64,000 nucleotides of DNA from contig OZ219747.1 in assembly GCA_964291265.2 (NCBI GenBank), positions 1,952,001-2,016,000 on the forward strand. Direction: 5' to 3'. Below the pieces are notes generated by a model. It made no database searches and was not told where the DNA came from. It worked only from the letters and a program-made list of their open reading frames with translations. The position numbers were made by a program, and so were the translations under genes. Of this stretch, positions 29,064 through 39,565 are shown one piece after another. Within the stretch, counting starts at the first letter, position 1. Every line of letters starts with the position of its first letter. This stretch comes from Alphaproteobacteria bacterium. Its GTDB lineage: Bacteria; Pseudomonadota; Alphaproteobacteria; SP197.

Positions 29064-30716
29064 ATGGCGAGGATGCAGAAGGGCCGCGAGCCGGCTGACG
29101 TACTGATCATCGGAGCTGGCGCATCGGGCTCCGTCGCCGCTGCCCACCTTGCCGCGGCCGGCGTCGATGTCGTGTGCCTGGAGCAGGGTCCGCGCGTGGA
29201 CAACGCCGAGTTCTACGGTGACAAGCCCGAATGGGAACTCATGGCGCAGAAGCGCTGGCATCCCAATCCCAATGTACGGGACCTCGAGGCCGACTATCCC
29301 ATCAATACCGATGCGAGCGATGTCAACCCGTTGATGTACAGCGCCGTTGGCGGATCGACCATCCTCTATGCGGCGCATTGGCAACGCTTCATGCCGTCGG
29401 ATTTCCGTGTCAGAACCCTGGACGGCGTGGCCGACGACTGGCCCTTCGTGTACGAAGACCTGGAGCCCTACTACACCCGGATGGAGGTGGAGATGGGCGT
29501 GTCCGGTCTGGCCGGAGATCCGGCCTATCCGCCGCATGCCGAGTATCCTCTGCCGCCCATGCCGATTGGTCGCATTGGCATGAAGGCCGCCGAGGGCATG
29601 AACAGGCTGGGATGGCATTGGTGGCCTGGTCCCAATGCCGTTCCGTCGCGCGACTACAAGGGCCGGAACCAGTGTGTGCGATACGGCACGTGCCTGACCG
29701 GTTGTCCCCACAAGGCCAAGGCTTCGACAGATCACACCCATTGGCCCATCGCGCTGGAGAACGGGGCCCGCCTCGTGACGGGCGCTCGCGTGCGCGAGAT
29801 CACGGTGGACGCCCAGGGGCTTGCCAACGGCGCAACCTACATTGACCGCAATGGGCGCGAGGCGCACCAGAAGGCGGGCATTGTCATCGTCTGCTGCAAC
29901 GGGGTGGGAACGCCGCGGCTGTTGCTGCTGTCGACCTCGAGGCACCACCCGGAAGGACTTGCGAACTCTTCCGGCCTGGTCGGCCGGAACCTCATGATGC
30001 ACCCCTATGCCGCGATCAGCGGCGTGTTCGACGACCCCCTCGAAAGCTGGCTTGGCCCGGCGGGGCAGAGCATTCAGTCGATGCAGTTCTACGAGACCGA
30101 TGTTTCACGTGGCTTCGTGCGCGGCGCCAAGTGGAATGTCATGCCAGGTGGAGGGCCGCTCGGTCTTCGCGCCGCTTATGGCGGCAAGGCGTTGGACGAG
30201 GCCTGGGGCGCCAACCTGCATCGCAACACCAGGAGGGTCTTCGGTCATTCCTTCGAATGGGGGATCATCGCCGAAGACCTGCCAGACGAGAACAACCGAG
30301 TGTTGCTGGATCCTGAGCTCACGGATTCCGACGGCATTTCGGCGCCGAGGCTCGTCTATCGGAATTCCGAGAACACGGAGCGGCTGCTGGACTTCCACGT
30401 GGCCCGCGCCGAGGAAGCGATGGAGGCGGCGGGCGCTGCCTCGGTGTCGTCGACGCGGCTGATGCGCGATTGCGGCTGGCACCTGATGGGGACCGCACGC
30501 ATGGGGGACGATCCCGCACGCTCGGTCGTGGATCAGTACGGCAGGTGCCACGATGTCCCCAATCTCTACATCTTCGACGGCAGCGTTTTTGTGACATCGT
30601 CCGGTTTCAATCCCACCGGCACGATCACGGCCATTGCACTGCGTTCGGTGGAGCACCTGATCGAGAACCGTGGCCATGCGAAAGTTGCCTGCAATCCATC
30701 AGGAGTCGTGTCATGA
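29064..30716 (+). CDS. GMC-family FAD oxidoreductase (copy 1)
   Basis: IIGAGASG, AVGGSTILY, C..YG.C.TGCP cluster, WHLMGTARMG, NPTGTI. Confidence 0.93.
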   Translation: MARMQKGREPADVLIIGAGASGSVAAAHLAAAGVDVVCLEQGPRVDNAEFYGDKPEWELMAQKRWHPNPNVRDLEADYPINTDASDVNPLMYSAVGGSTILYAAHWQRFMPSDFRVRTLDGVADDWPFVYEDLEPYYTRMEVEMGVSGLAGDPAYPPHAEYPLPPMPIGRIGMKAAEGMNRLGWHWWPGPNAVPSRDYKGRNQCVRYGTCLTGCPHKAKASTDHTHWPIALENGARLVTGARVREITVDAQGLANGATYIDRNGREAHQKAGIVIVCCNGVGTPRLLLLSTSRHHPEGLANSSGLVGRNLMMHPYAAISGVFDDPLESWLGPAGQSIQSMQFYETDVSRGFVRGAKWNVMPGGGPLGLRAAYGGKALDEAWGANLHRNTRRVFGHSFEWGIIAEDLPDENNRVLLDPELTDSDGISAPRLVYRNSENTERLLDFHVARAEEAMEAAGAASVSSTRLMRDCGWHLMGTARMGDDPARSVVDQYGRCHDVPNLYIFDGSVFVTSSGFNPTGTITAIALRSVEHLIENRGHAKVACNPSGVVS

Positions 30717-31138
30717 CGATGGTGAACGATACGGAGCGCGACATCTTCGCGGCCCTTGCCGACGTTCTGATCCCCGCTGCCGAGGGCATGCCGGCGGCGA
30801 GCGAGATGAACGTTCACGGGACCATGCTTGATCGCATCCTTGGCCTGCGCCCGGACTTGGCAGAGGCCTTTCGACGCGGTCTGGCGGCATCGGCCGGCAA
30901 GACGCCGGAGGACGCCGCAGAGACCCTGAACCGGGACGATGCAGAAGCCCTCGCTGCCGTCAGCATCGTTGCGTCCGCCGGCTACTACATGGTGCCGGCC
31001 GTGCGCAGGCTCATAGGGTATCCGGGCCAGGAGAATCGCCCGGCGGACCCGGACGAGACTCCTGAGTACCTGACCAACGGAATGTTGCAGCAGGTCATCG
31101 ACCGCGGGCCGATTCATGTGCCCACGCCGGAGTCCTGA
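30713..31138 (+). CDS. Gluconate 2-dehydrogenase subunit 3-like small subunit (copy 1)
   Basis: ALADVLIP...MPAAS...GYY....VRRLIGYPG; ATGA overlap with the GMC gene. Confidence 0.8.
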   Translation: MTMVNDTERDIFAALADVLIPAAEGMPAASEMNVHGTMLDRILGLRPDLAEAFRRGLAASAGKTPEDAAETLNRDDAEALAAVSIVASAGYYMVPAVRRLIGYPGQENRPADPDETPEYLTNGMLQQVIDRGPIHVPTPES

Positions 31139-31141
31139 ACC

Positions 31142-32806
31142 GTGGCCGGAGCGATCAGCGACTCCAGGCCGCGTCACGGCGAGGAGGTGGATGTCTGCGT
31201 CATTGGCGCCGGCCCCTCCGGGTCAGTTGCCGCGCGATATCTTGCCGAGGCCGGCCTTTCGGTCGTGACGCTGGAGCAGGGCGATTGGCCCGACGCGGCG
31301 GAGTTCCCCGGCGACAAGCCGGAATTCGAGCTGGTGGCGCAGAAGCAGTGGCACCCGAATCCGAATGTCCGCGACCGGGAACGCGACTACCCGATCAATA
31401 CGGACGACAGCGCCATCAATCCCTTGATGTACGCGGCCGTCGGCGGCAGCACCACCCTTTATGCCGGCCACTGGACGCCCTTCATGCCGTCGGATTTCAG
31501 GGTGCGGACCCTTGATGGCGTGGCCGACGACTGGCCCTTCACCTACGAGGATCTGCTGCCCAGTCTGGAAGAGATGGAGCGGGTGGTGGGTGTCTCGGGT
31601 CTGCCGGGGAACCCCGCCTATCCGCTGCGCAGGGCGTTTCCCACTCCACCGCTTCCCATCGGCAAGTGCGGCATGAAGGCTGCCGAGGGCATGGACAAGC
31701 TGGGTTGGCACTGGTGGCCCGGAACCAATGCCATGCCGTCAGTGCCCTACAACGGACTCAATCCCTGCGTGCGGCGCGGCACCTGCATGACCGGTTGTCC
31801 GGAAGGTGCGAAATCCACTGCCAACATCACGCTGTGGCCCCACGCACTCAAGGACGGCGCACGTATCATCGTCGGCGCCAGAGTGCGTGAGATCACTTAC
31901 GATGCGGTGCGCAACCGGGTGACCGGTGCCACGTACATCGACCGCAACGGGCGCGAGCGCCACCAGAAGGCGCGGACGGTCATCCTGTGCGCCAATGGCA
32001 TCGGTACACCCCGCCTGTTGCTGCTCTCGGCCTGTTCCGCGTTCCCGGACGGATTGGCCAATTCCTCCGGCCTCGTCGGGAAACGGTTGATGATGCACCC
32101 GTTCTCGGCAGTCATGGGCGTCTTCGAGGAAGACCTGGAGAGTTGGCGCGGCCCCTTCGGTCAGCTGATCGAGAGCAACCAGTTCTACGAGACGGACGAA
32201 AAGCGAGGTTTCCTGCGCGGAGCCAAGTGGGGCGCCATGCCGGCTGGTGGACCGCTGGGGGCGACAGGTTTCGTCGGTTCCAGGATATTCGACGAAGGCG
32301 GCAGGGTGGAGGACAGCTGGGGCACCAATCTCCACGACCTGGTGGACCGCCGATTTCGCCGTTCGATGGTCTGGGGAATCATCGGTGAGGACCTGCCCGA
32401 GGAATCCAACCGCGTGATGCTCGACCCTGACCTCACCGACTCCGATGGCATTCCGGCGCCGAAGCTTGACTACACGGTCTCCGAGAACTCATCGAACATG
32501 CTGGGGTTCCATGTGGACCGGCTCCTCGAGGCAAGCCTCGCCGCAGGCGCGATCGAGACCGTGGTGGTGCACCAGGTGCCCGATACGGGCTGGCACCTGC
32601 TGGGCACGGCGCGCATGGGTGACGACCCCAGGACCTCGGTGGTGAACGAATGGGGGCGCTCGCACGACGTTCCGAACCTCTTTGTCTTCGATGCCAGCTC
32701 CTTCCCGACCTCGGGCGGAGTCAATCCTACTGCGACCATCATGTCGGTCTCCCATCGCCAGACCATGCACATGATATCGGAGCGGCGAAACGTGGAGGCA
32801 GCATGA
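31142..32806 (+). CDS. GMC-family FAD oxidoreductase (copy 2)
   Basis: VIGAGPSG, AVGGSTTLY, CVRRGTCMTGCP, WHLLGTARMG, NPTATI. Confidence 0.93.
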   Translation: MAGAISDSRPRHGEEVDVCVIGAGPSGSVAARYLAEAGLSVVTLEQGDWPDAAEFPGDKPEFELVAQKQWHPNPNVRDRERDYPINTDDSAINPLMYAAVGGSTTLYAGHWTPFMPSDFRVRTLDGVADDWPFTYEDLLPSLEEMERVVGVSGLPGNPAYPLRRAFPTPPLPIGKCGMKAAEGMDKLGWHWWPGTNAMPSVPYNGLNPCVRRGTCMTGCPEGAKSTANITLWPHALKDGARIIVGARVREITYDAVRNRVTGATYIDRNGRERHQKARTVILCANGIGTPRLLLLSACSAFPDGLANSSGLVGKRLMMHPFSAVMGVFEEDLESWRGPFGQLIESNQFYETDEKRGFLRGAKWGAMPAGGPLGATGFVGSRIFDEGGRVEDSWGTNLHDLVDRRFRRSMVWGIIGEDLPEESNRVMLDPDLTDSDGIPAPKLDYTVSENSSNMLGFHVDRLLEASLAAGAIETVVVHQVPDTGWHLLGTARMGDDPRTSVVNEWGRSHDVPNLFVFDASSFPTSGGVNPTATIMSVSHRQTMHMISERRNVEAA

Positions 32807-33246
32807 TGTCCCGGGAGAACGGACTTTCGGCAGATGAACGCGCCGTCTTCGCGGGGCTGGCCGACCTGTTGATTCCGCGCCACGGACGCATGCCGTCCGC
32901 CACCGAAGTGGGTGCACACGCGGAACTGCTCGACAGAGTCCTCGCCCACCGACCTGACATTGCCGACGATCTGCGGCGCGGACTCTCGGCTGCTCAGGGG
33001 GAAGATCCCGGCGTGGCAGCCAACAGGCTCGGTCAGAGAGACGCGGCAGCCTTCAACGCCATCACGCTCGCGGCGTCTGCGGCCTACTACATGTGCGCTG
33101 AGGTTCGGGCACTGATCGGTTATCCGGGCCAGGACAAGGCGCCCTTCGACCCCCGCGAGACGCCTGCCTATCTTACCAACGGCATGATTGAACGGCTTGT
33201 GCGTCGTGGTCCGACCTATCGTCCGACACCCGACTGCAAGGACTGA
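32803..33246 (+). CDS. Gluconate 2-dehydrogenase subunit 3-like small subunit (copy 2)
   Basis: LADLLIP...MPSAT...AYY....VRALIGYPG. Confidence 0.8.
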   Translation: MMSRENGLSADERAVFAGLADLLIPRHGRMPSATEVGAHAELLDRVLAHRPDIADDLRRGLSAAQGEDPGVAANRLGQRDAAAFNAITLAASAAYYMCAEVRALIGYPGQDKAPFDPRETPAYLTNGMIERLVRRGPTYRPTPDCKD

Positions 33247-33287
33247 CCACGTCACCGGCCGATGCCGGCGGTCTTCAAGGTGGTCCA

Positions 33288-35684
33288 TTGTCTGAGCCGT
33301 CCGGCCGCCTGGAAGACGGCAGACTGCTGCGAGGACAGGGCCGGTTCACCGACGATCTCAGGTTTGCCGGCGAGCTCCACGGCGTTGTCGTTCGATCCAC
33401 GCATCCCGCGGCGGACTTGCGACGCGTGGACACAGCAGAGGCGTATCGCGTCGATGGCGTGGTGGGAGTGATCACTGGCGATGACTTGGCAGCCGACGGC
33501 ATCGGCGCCTTGCCGTTCATGAATACCGTGAGCGCGCCGGACGGCGGACCGGTCCGCGCTCTCGCCATGCCCCTCCTGGCCCGTACGGTCGCGCGATACG
33601 TGGGTGAGCCTGTGGCGTTCGTGGTGGCAGGGAGTCGGTCTGCGGCGCAGGAGGCTGCCGAGCGTGTCGTTGTCGACTATGCGGCGAGGCCATGTGTCAT
33701 CGATGTCCTCGCGGCTGCCCGATCGAGTGCGCCCCTCGTGCAGGATGGCAATGCGGGGAATGTCGTGGCCGAACTGCATATGGGCGATCAGACATTGTGC
33801 GATGATGCCCTTGCCGGGGCGCGGCACCGCTTTCGTCTCCAGGTGCGAAACAACAGGGTTGTCCCTCATGCCATGGAGCCTCGCGCTGCCATCGGGCTTT
33901 ACGATGAGGCCGAGGCGGCCTGGACGCTGCATGGCGCCAGTCAGGCCCCGCACCATGCCCGAACAATCCTGGCGGATGCCGTGTTTGGGGTCCCGCGCGA
34001 GCGCATCAGGGTCAGGGTGGGCGATATCGGCGGTGCCTTCGGTGGCAGGATCACACCCTACCCGGAGGATTGCCTGGTGCTTTACGCGGCGCGCCGCTAC
34101 GGCCGACCGATCCGCTGGTGCGCTGAGCGGGTGGAGTGTTTCCTCGCCGACTATCATGCGAGAGACCATGCTGCCGAGGTCGAAATCGGCCTTGACGAGG
34201 AGCTTCGGATCGAGGCGCTTCGCGTCGTTGATCACGCAAGTCTCGGGGCCTATGCCACGCCCTTCGGCATTCCGATCGCCACGACGACCGGCAATCGAAT
34301 TGCGACCGGTGCCTACCGCGTGCCGGTCGCCGCCATCACCGCAAAGACCGTGCTGACCAACACGGCACCTACCGGACCCTATCGCGGCGCAGGGCGCCCT
34401 GAAGCCATTCACCGGATCGAGCGCATTCTGGACTTTGCGGCGGCCCGGCTCGGCGTCGATGCGGTCGAGTTGCGCCGACGCAACCTGGTGCGCAAGGGTG
34501 AACTGCCCTATCGCCTGGTTTCCGGTCTCGCCTACGACAGCGGCAACTTCCCTCGCCTGTTGGAGCGCGCGCTGGGACTGTCGGATTGGCAGAACTTCAG
34601 GACGCGCCGCGAAGCCTCGCGAGACGAGGGGCTGTTGCGCGGCCGGGGCCTCTCGTACCACATCGACTCGACGAGCGGCCTCTCGCCCAAGGAGACGGTC
34701 GAGGCGGTGGCGACATCGCAGGATCGGGTGCGCCTCCACGCCGCCACCCAGGAAATGGGTCAGGGCCTCAAGAGCACCCTTGCGCGGATCGCGAGTGACA
34801 TCTTCAAGCTTCCCGTTGATGCATTCGACATCGTACAAGGCGATACTCGAATGACGCCGGAGGGACCGGGCAGCTATGGCTCCCGTTCGCTCTACACCGG
34901 CGGTGCAGCCGTGGCTGCGGCGAGTGAGGCCCTTGTCGAACGCCTGAAAACGCTGGCCGCCGATTGGCTCGAAGCCTCGCCGGATGACATTGAGATCGAA
35001 GACGGAGCGTTGACCATGGTCGGCTCGGACCGGAGTGTTCCGATCGCCGAACTCGCCTCGGCCGAGCCTGATCGAGAGGTGCGGGCATGGGGCGTATCGG
35101 AGGCCCCGTTCTGTTTCCCCAACGGGTGCTACGTCTGCGAGGTCGAAGTTGACCCGGACACCGGCGCGGCATGGATCGATCGCTTTTCTGGCGTGGATGA
35201 CGTCGGTCGGGTGGTGAACGTGCCCATCGTGCATGGCCAGACCCATGGTGGACTCGCACAGGGCATAGCTCAGGCCATGCTCGAAGAAATCCGCTACGAC
35301 TCGCCAGGCGGTCAGTTGCTTACCGGGTCGCTCATGGACTATGCGCTGCCTCGAGCCGACAACCTGCCGTCGTTCGTGACCTTGCTGGACGAAGGGGAGG
35401 TGACCATGACCAATCGTCTGGGTGTCAAGGGCGCCGGCGAATGCGGAGCGGTTGGTGCGCCACCGGCGGTGATTGCCGCGCTGCTGGACGCTCTGCGGCC
35501 GCACGGAATCGAACACCTCGACATGCCAATGACGCCGGAGCGCGTCTGGCGCGCTCTGCACGAAGCGCGCCGGACGCGGCTGGAAGACGGTCCGTGCGAG
35601 AGCAGGGAGACCGTATCAGCGCCTCGTGGTCCCCAAGGACCGTGTCATCAACACGCGCCGATTCCTTCCGCCGGCGTGCGCTGA
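33288..35684 (+). CDS. Xanthine dehydrogenase-family molybdopterin-binding large subunit (CoxL form II-like)
   Basis: RLEDGRLLRGQGRFTDD, GDIGGAFG, PYRGAGRPE, GQTHGGLAQG, KGAGE. Confidence 0.9.
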   Translation: MSEPSGRLEDGRLLRGQGRFTDDLRFAGELHGVVVRSTHPAADLRRVDTAEAYRVDGVVGVITGDDLAADGIGALPFMNTVSAPDGGPVRALAMPLLARTVARYVGEPVAFVVAGSRSAAQEAAERVVVDYAARPCVIDVLAAARSSAPLVQDGNAGNVVAELHMGDQTLCDDALAGARHRFRLQVRNNRVVPHAMEPRAAIGLYDEAEAAWTLHGASQAPHHARTILADAVFGVPRERIRVRVGDIGGAFGGRITPYPEDCLVLYAARRYGRPIRWCAERVECFLADYHARDHAAEVEIGLDEELRIEALRVVDHASLGAYATPFGIPIATTTGNRIATGAYRVPVAAITAKTVLTNTAPTGPYRGAGRPEAIHRIERILDFAAARLGVDAVELRRRNLVRKGELPYRLVSGLAYDSGNFPRLLERALGLSDWQNFRTRREASRDEGLLRGRGLSYHIDSTSGLSPKETVEAVATSQDRVRLHAATQEMGQGLKSTLARIASDIFKLPVDAFDIVQGDTRMTPEGPGSYGSRSLYTGGAAVAAASEALVERLKTLAADWLEASPDDIEIEDGALTMVGSDRSVPIAELASAEPDREVRAWGVSEAPFCFPNGCYVCEVEVDPDTGAAWIDRFSGVDDVGRVVNVPIVHGQTHGGLAQGIAQAMLEEIRYDSPGGQLLTGSLMDYALPRADNLPSFVTLLDEGEVTMTNRLGVKGAGECGAVGAPPAVIAALLDALRPHGIEHLDMPMTPERVWRALHEARRTRLEDGPCESRETVSAPRGPQGPCHQHAPIPSAGVR

Positions 35685-35822
35685 TCGCAGGCATCGTGTT
35701 GCCGCTCCTTTCGATCCAGTCTCGCTTGCCGAGAAGCGAGCGCTCCCCGAACTTCTCGATCTTGAGCCGTTGCCGTTCCAGGGCACGCGCATCGCCCGTC
35801 CGGTGGTCAACAGGGGAACGTC

Positions 35823-37311
35823 TCAGGACGAGCAGGCGGCTGCCGACTGGCCGGCCAGGCGGCCGAAGACCGCGCCCGACGTGAGACCGGCGCCTCCGGG
35901 ATAGTTGAAGTAGAAGAGACCGCCGACGAGTTCGCCGGCTGCAAGGAGGCCGTCGATGGGTCTCAGATCACTGTCGAGAACATTGGCGGCCGTGTCGATG
36001 CGCAGGCCGCCGAACGTGAACGTGACCCCCGCAGGTGACGGCATAGGCCTCGAAGGGGGGGGCGTCGATGGCGTTGGCCCAGTTCGATTTCGGGATCGCG
36101 AGTCCTGCGGTGGACCGTCCGTCCCTAACACTGGGGTCGAAGGGGACGTCTCGGCGAACGGCGTCATTGAAGGACCTGATCGTGGCCAGCGCCGTGGCGC
36201 CGTCGACACCCTCCATGCCTCGGACGAGTTCTTCAAGGGTCGCCGCGCGAACCCGCGTCACCTGGCGTATGCGGTACTCGTCGCGCAGCAATCCGGACAC
36301 CTTGGCGTCGAAGACCTGCCAGGCGAGCTGCTCGGGCTGGCTGAGGATCTCGGCCCCGTACTTGGCGTAGGTGTAGTTCCGGAAATCGGCGCCCTCGTCG
36401 AGAAATCTTTCTCCTCTCGCGTTGATCATGACGGAAAAGGGGTAGGAGTGCTTCTGGAAGCCGTCGCCTACGGAAAGGTCGCCAAACTCCGGGGCATTGA
36501 GATCCCAGGCGACGGCGTGACAGCCTGACCAGTGACCGAAGGGCGCGGCGCCGATGTCGAGAGCCATGCGAATGCCGTCGCCGGTGTTGAATCGGCTGCC
36601 GCGCACCCGCGCCAGATCCCAGCCCGGACCGAGGTAGCGGGCACGCCATTCGTGGTTCGCCTCGAAACCTCCGCAGGCCAGAACCACCGCTCCCGCGGCG
36701 ATTGTGCGGAACGCACCGTCGTGCAGGACCCTCACGCCGGTGACCCTGGTGTGCTTCCTGACAAGTTCGACGGCCCTCGCTTCGTGGACGAGGCGGATGC
36801 CCGCCTTCCGGGCGGCCCGCGAAAGACCGCTCACAAGTCCCTCGCCACCGCCTGACACCTCGACGGAAAGCCCTCCCCAGAACCGGAAGAGGCCGTCGAC
36901 TTCGAACGCCTGCCGTCCCCACATCGGCTGGAACCGGATGCCCTTGGACCGCATCCACAGGAGGGTCTCGCGGCTTCGTGTCACAAGGAGCTCGGTGAGG
37001 TCGGGATCGCAGCGGTAGCGGGTGATGCGGCCCATGTCGTCGAGGAAGGTCTCCCTGCCGTAGGCGCCGAAGTCGGATCGGGCCACCTCCGCGTCAGCAA
37101 GATCGGGCATGAGCGCCCTCAAGTCATCGATTCCGTCGTAGACCGTTCTCATGGCGCCGGCCGTGAACCGGCTGTTGCCGCCGGCTTCCCCCGCGGGGGC
37201 CCGTTCGATCATCAGCACGTTGCTGCCGGCATCGCGGGCGCCGAGTGCCGCGCAGTGGGCCGCGTTGCCGCCTCCGACCACGATGACGTCGACCCGCGTC
37301 GGCAAGGTCAT
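35823..37311 (-). pseudogene. TcuA/CobZ-like FAD-dependent dehydrogenase with a single frameshift at ~36026-36031
   Basis: VVGGGNAA, GGNSRFTAG, DEGADFRNYTYAKYG; C-terminus GVTFTFGGL...FYFNYPGGAGLTSGAVFGR is in another frame after a G5 run. Confidence 0.85.
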
Positions 37312-38618
37312 GACGCCGGTCCTTCCTCGCAGTCGATGATGTGCATGAACGAAGCGGCAACATTGCCGTTGACGGCGCCGCTCGCCCCGAGGTCGCGCCC
37401 GCTTGCATCGCAGGCGAAGAAGAGGGGAGCCGCCGCCGGGGAGGTCTGGCTGGCGTAGTGGAACTCGTGCCCGCGCCAGATGCTTCCGGCCTTTCCCAGC
37501 GGCCCATCGGACGCAAGGACCATGCGCCGGTACCCTAGGTGCCGGCGGGGCGCCTGCATGGAGAAGGTGACCGGCAGCAGGCCGGCCATGGCATGGACAG
37601 CGCCTTCCATGTCCGTGAGATGCCGTCCCAGCACCATGTAGCCGCCACACTCGCCGTAGATCACGCTACCCCGGTCCGCAGCGCCTCTCAGGCCGGCGAG
37701 AAACGTCTGGCTGGCCGCCAGCCTGCCGGCGTGGAGTTCAGGATAGCCGCCCGGCAGGTAGACGGCATCGGCCGTCGCGTCGGGAGGCTGGTCCCCGAGC
37801 GGGGAAAACACCATGACTTCGGCTCCGGCACTCCGCCACGCCTCGGCCAGCGATGCATAGAAGAACGAGAAGGCGTGATCGCAGGCCAACGCGATCCTCT
37901 GGCCCGGGGGCGCCATGAGACCCGATTCCGCGTCGCCGATCGCCGCGATGGGCCGCGCCAGTGCGACCATGCTGTCCACGTCCACTCCGGTCGCGATCTG
38001 CCTGGCAGCCTCGTCGATGATGCCGGGACCACCGTCATGGGCCTGGACGAGACCGAGATGGCGATGCGCCACGACGAGCCGGTCGTCCCTGTCGACATGA
38101 CCGAAGACGGTGGCGACACCGTCGAGAGCACGTGCCAGTATCGCCCGGTGCGTGTCACTAGCTGTCCGGTTCAGGATGACGCCGGCAACATCGATGTCGG
38201 AGCGGTGATCGCGGAATCCGGCGACAGTGGCGGCCACCGATTGCGCCTGCCCGGTGACGTCGACGACGAGAATCACCGGGAGATCAAGGAACCGCGCGAC
38301 GTCTGCCGTGGACCCTTCGCCCGAGAGACTGCCGTCAAAGAGGCCCATCACCCCTTCACCGATGACGAGATCCGCTCCCTCGCTGCAGCGCCGCATGACC
38401 GCACGGACCGTGGCCGGTCTCATGGCCCACAGGTCGATGTTGTGGCAAGCGCGCCCGGACGCAGCGGCATGCCAGCCACCGTCGATGTAGTCAGGACCGA
38501 TCTTGAAGGAGGATGTCGCATGTCCCCGCCCGGCGAGCACCCGGACGAGCGCCGATGCGATGATGGTCTTGCCGGCGCCGCTCCCGGTTGCCGAGATGAT
38601 GAGACCGCGCGCCGCCAT
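37308..38618 (-). CDS. cobB: Cobyrinate a,c-diamide synthase
   Basis: SGAGKT, KIGPDYID, EGVMGLFDG, PGGYPELH, GECGGYMVLG, GHEFHY. Confidence 0.95.
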   Translation of the reverse strand: MAARGLIISATGSGAGKTIIASALVRVLAGRGHATSSFKIGPDYIDGGWHAAASGRACHNIDLWAMRPATVRAVMRRCSEGADLVIGEGVMGLFDGSLSGEGSTADVARFLDLPVILVVDVTGQAQSVAATVAGFRDHRSDIDVAGVILNRTASDTHRAILARALDGVATVFGHVDRDDRLVVAHRHLGLVQAHDGGPGIIDEAARQIATGVDVDSMVALARPIAAIGDAESGLMAPPGQRIALACDHAFSFFYASLAEAWRSAGAEVMVFSPLGDQPPDATADAVYLPGGYPELHAGRLAASQTFLAGLRGAADRGSVIYGECGGYMVLGRHLTDMEGAVHAMAGLLPVTFSMQAPRRHLGYRRMVLASDGPLGKAGSIWRGHEFHYASQTSPAAAPLFFACDASGRDLGASGAVNGNVAASFMHIIDCEEGPAS

Positions 38619-39454
38619 CAGACGTCTTTGCCGGAGGAATCCGCGCCGAGGGGGTCTGCGTTGAGGATGCGTCCCTCCATCGCGCCCATCCAGTCGAGTC
38701 CGGCGCGCATGCGGACGAATGCGCCGATGGCGACGATCGCCGGCGCCTCGAGGTTCCGCGAATCGACAGCAGCCCTGGCAAGGGTCGTCTCGATCACCTT
38801 CTGATGACGGGTGGCGGCACGGCTGATGACCGCCACGGGCGTGTTTCCGGCAAGGCCTGCACCGATCAGGCGATCGGCGATGGAGGCGAGTCGCGCCAGA
38901 GCCATGTAGATGACGAGCGCGTGACCGGGGGCGGCGAGGGCGGACCAGTCGAGGCCGTCGGGAACCTCTCCACCTGCCAGGCGACCGGTGATGAAGGTGA
39001 TGGCATGGTTGGTGTGGCGGTCCGTTGCCGGAATGCCGGCCATGGACAACCCGCCGATGCCCGCCGTGATCCCCGGGACGACGCGAAACGGGATGCCGGC
39101 GGCAACAAGGGCGAGAGCCTCCTCGCCGCCTCGTCCGAAGATGAAGGGATCCCCGCCCTTCAGCCGCAGGACCCTTCTTCCGGACCGGGCGAACTCGATG
39201 AGCCGGCGAGAGATGTCGGGCTGTCCGGGAGACGGCCTGCCGCCGCGTTTTCCGGCATGGACGAGCTCTGCCCCGGGACGCGCCAGCTTCAGGACACCAT
39301 CGTCAACGAGGGCATCATGGACGATGCAGTCAGCCTCGCCCAGGGCATGGTGGGCGAGGAGGGTAAGGAGGCAGGGATCGCCCGGTCCGGCACCGGCGAG
39401 CCACACCCATCCGGCCTCGAACGAAGGCATGGGCGGCAGCGGGGAACGCGGCAT
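38618..39454 (-). CDS. cobA: Uroporphyrinogen-III C-methyltransferase
   Basis: GAGPGDP, RLKGGDPFIFGRGGEE, VPGITAG. Confidence 0.95.
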   Translation of the reverse strand: MPRSPLPPMPSFEAGWVWLAGAGPGDPCLLTLLAHHALGEADCIVHDALVDDGVLKLARPGAELVHAGKRGGRPSPGQPDISRRLIEFARSGRRVLRLKGGDPFIFGRGGEEALALVAAGIPFRVVPGITAGIGGLSMAGIPATDRHTNHAITFITGRLAGGEVPDGLDWSALAAPGHALVIYMALARLASIADRLIGAGLAGNTPVAVISRAATRHQKVIETTLARAAVDSRNLEAPAIVAIGAFVRMRAGLDWMGAMEGRILNADPLGADSSGKDV

Positions 39455-39565
39455 CAGTCTCCCCTCGCATGGGTGTGACGGACGATCCATAACCGCATTT
39501 TCTTGCGAATTCATCACCGCTTGACACAATGTCCGCCACAACGGACGTCCGGTGCGACGGGAGAC

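Noticed and set aside
33288-35684. True aerobic CO dehydrogenase (form I CoxL)
   Set aside because: Active-site loop is PYRGAGR, not AYxCSFR; no coxMS or accessory cox genes adjacent
39455-39565. Cobalamin riboswitch between cobA and cbiD
   Set aside because: Spacer is only 111 bp and I see no B12-box consensus
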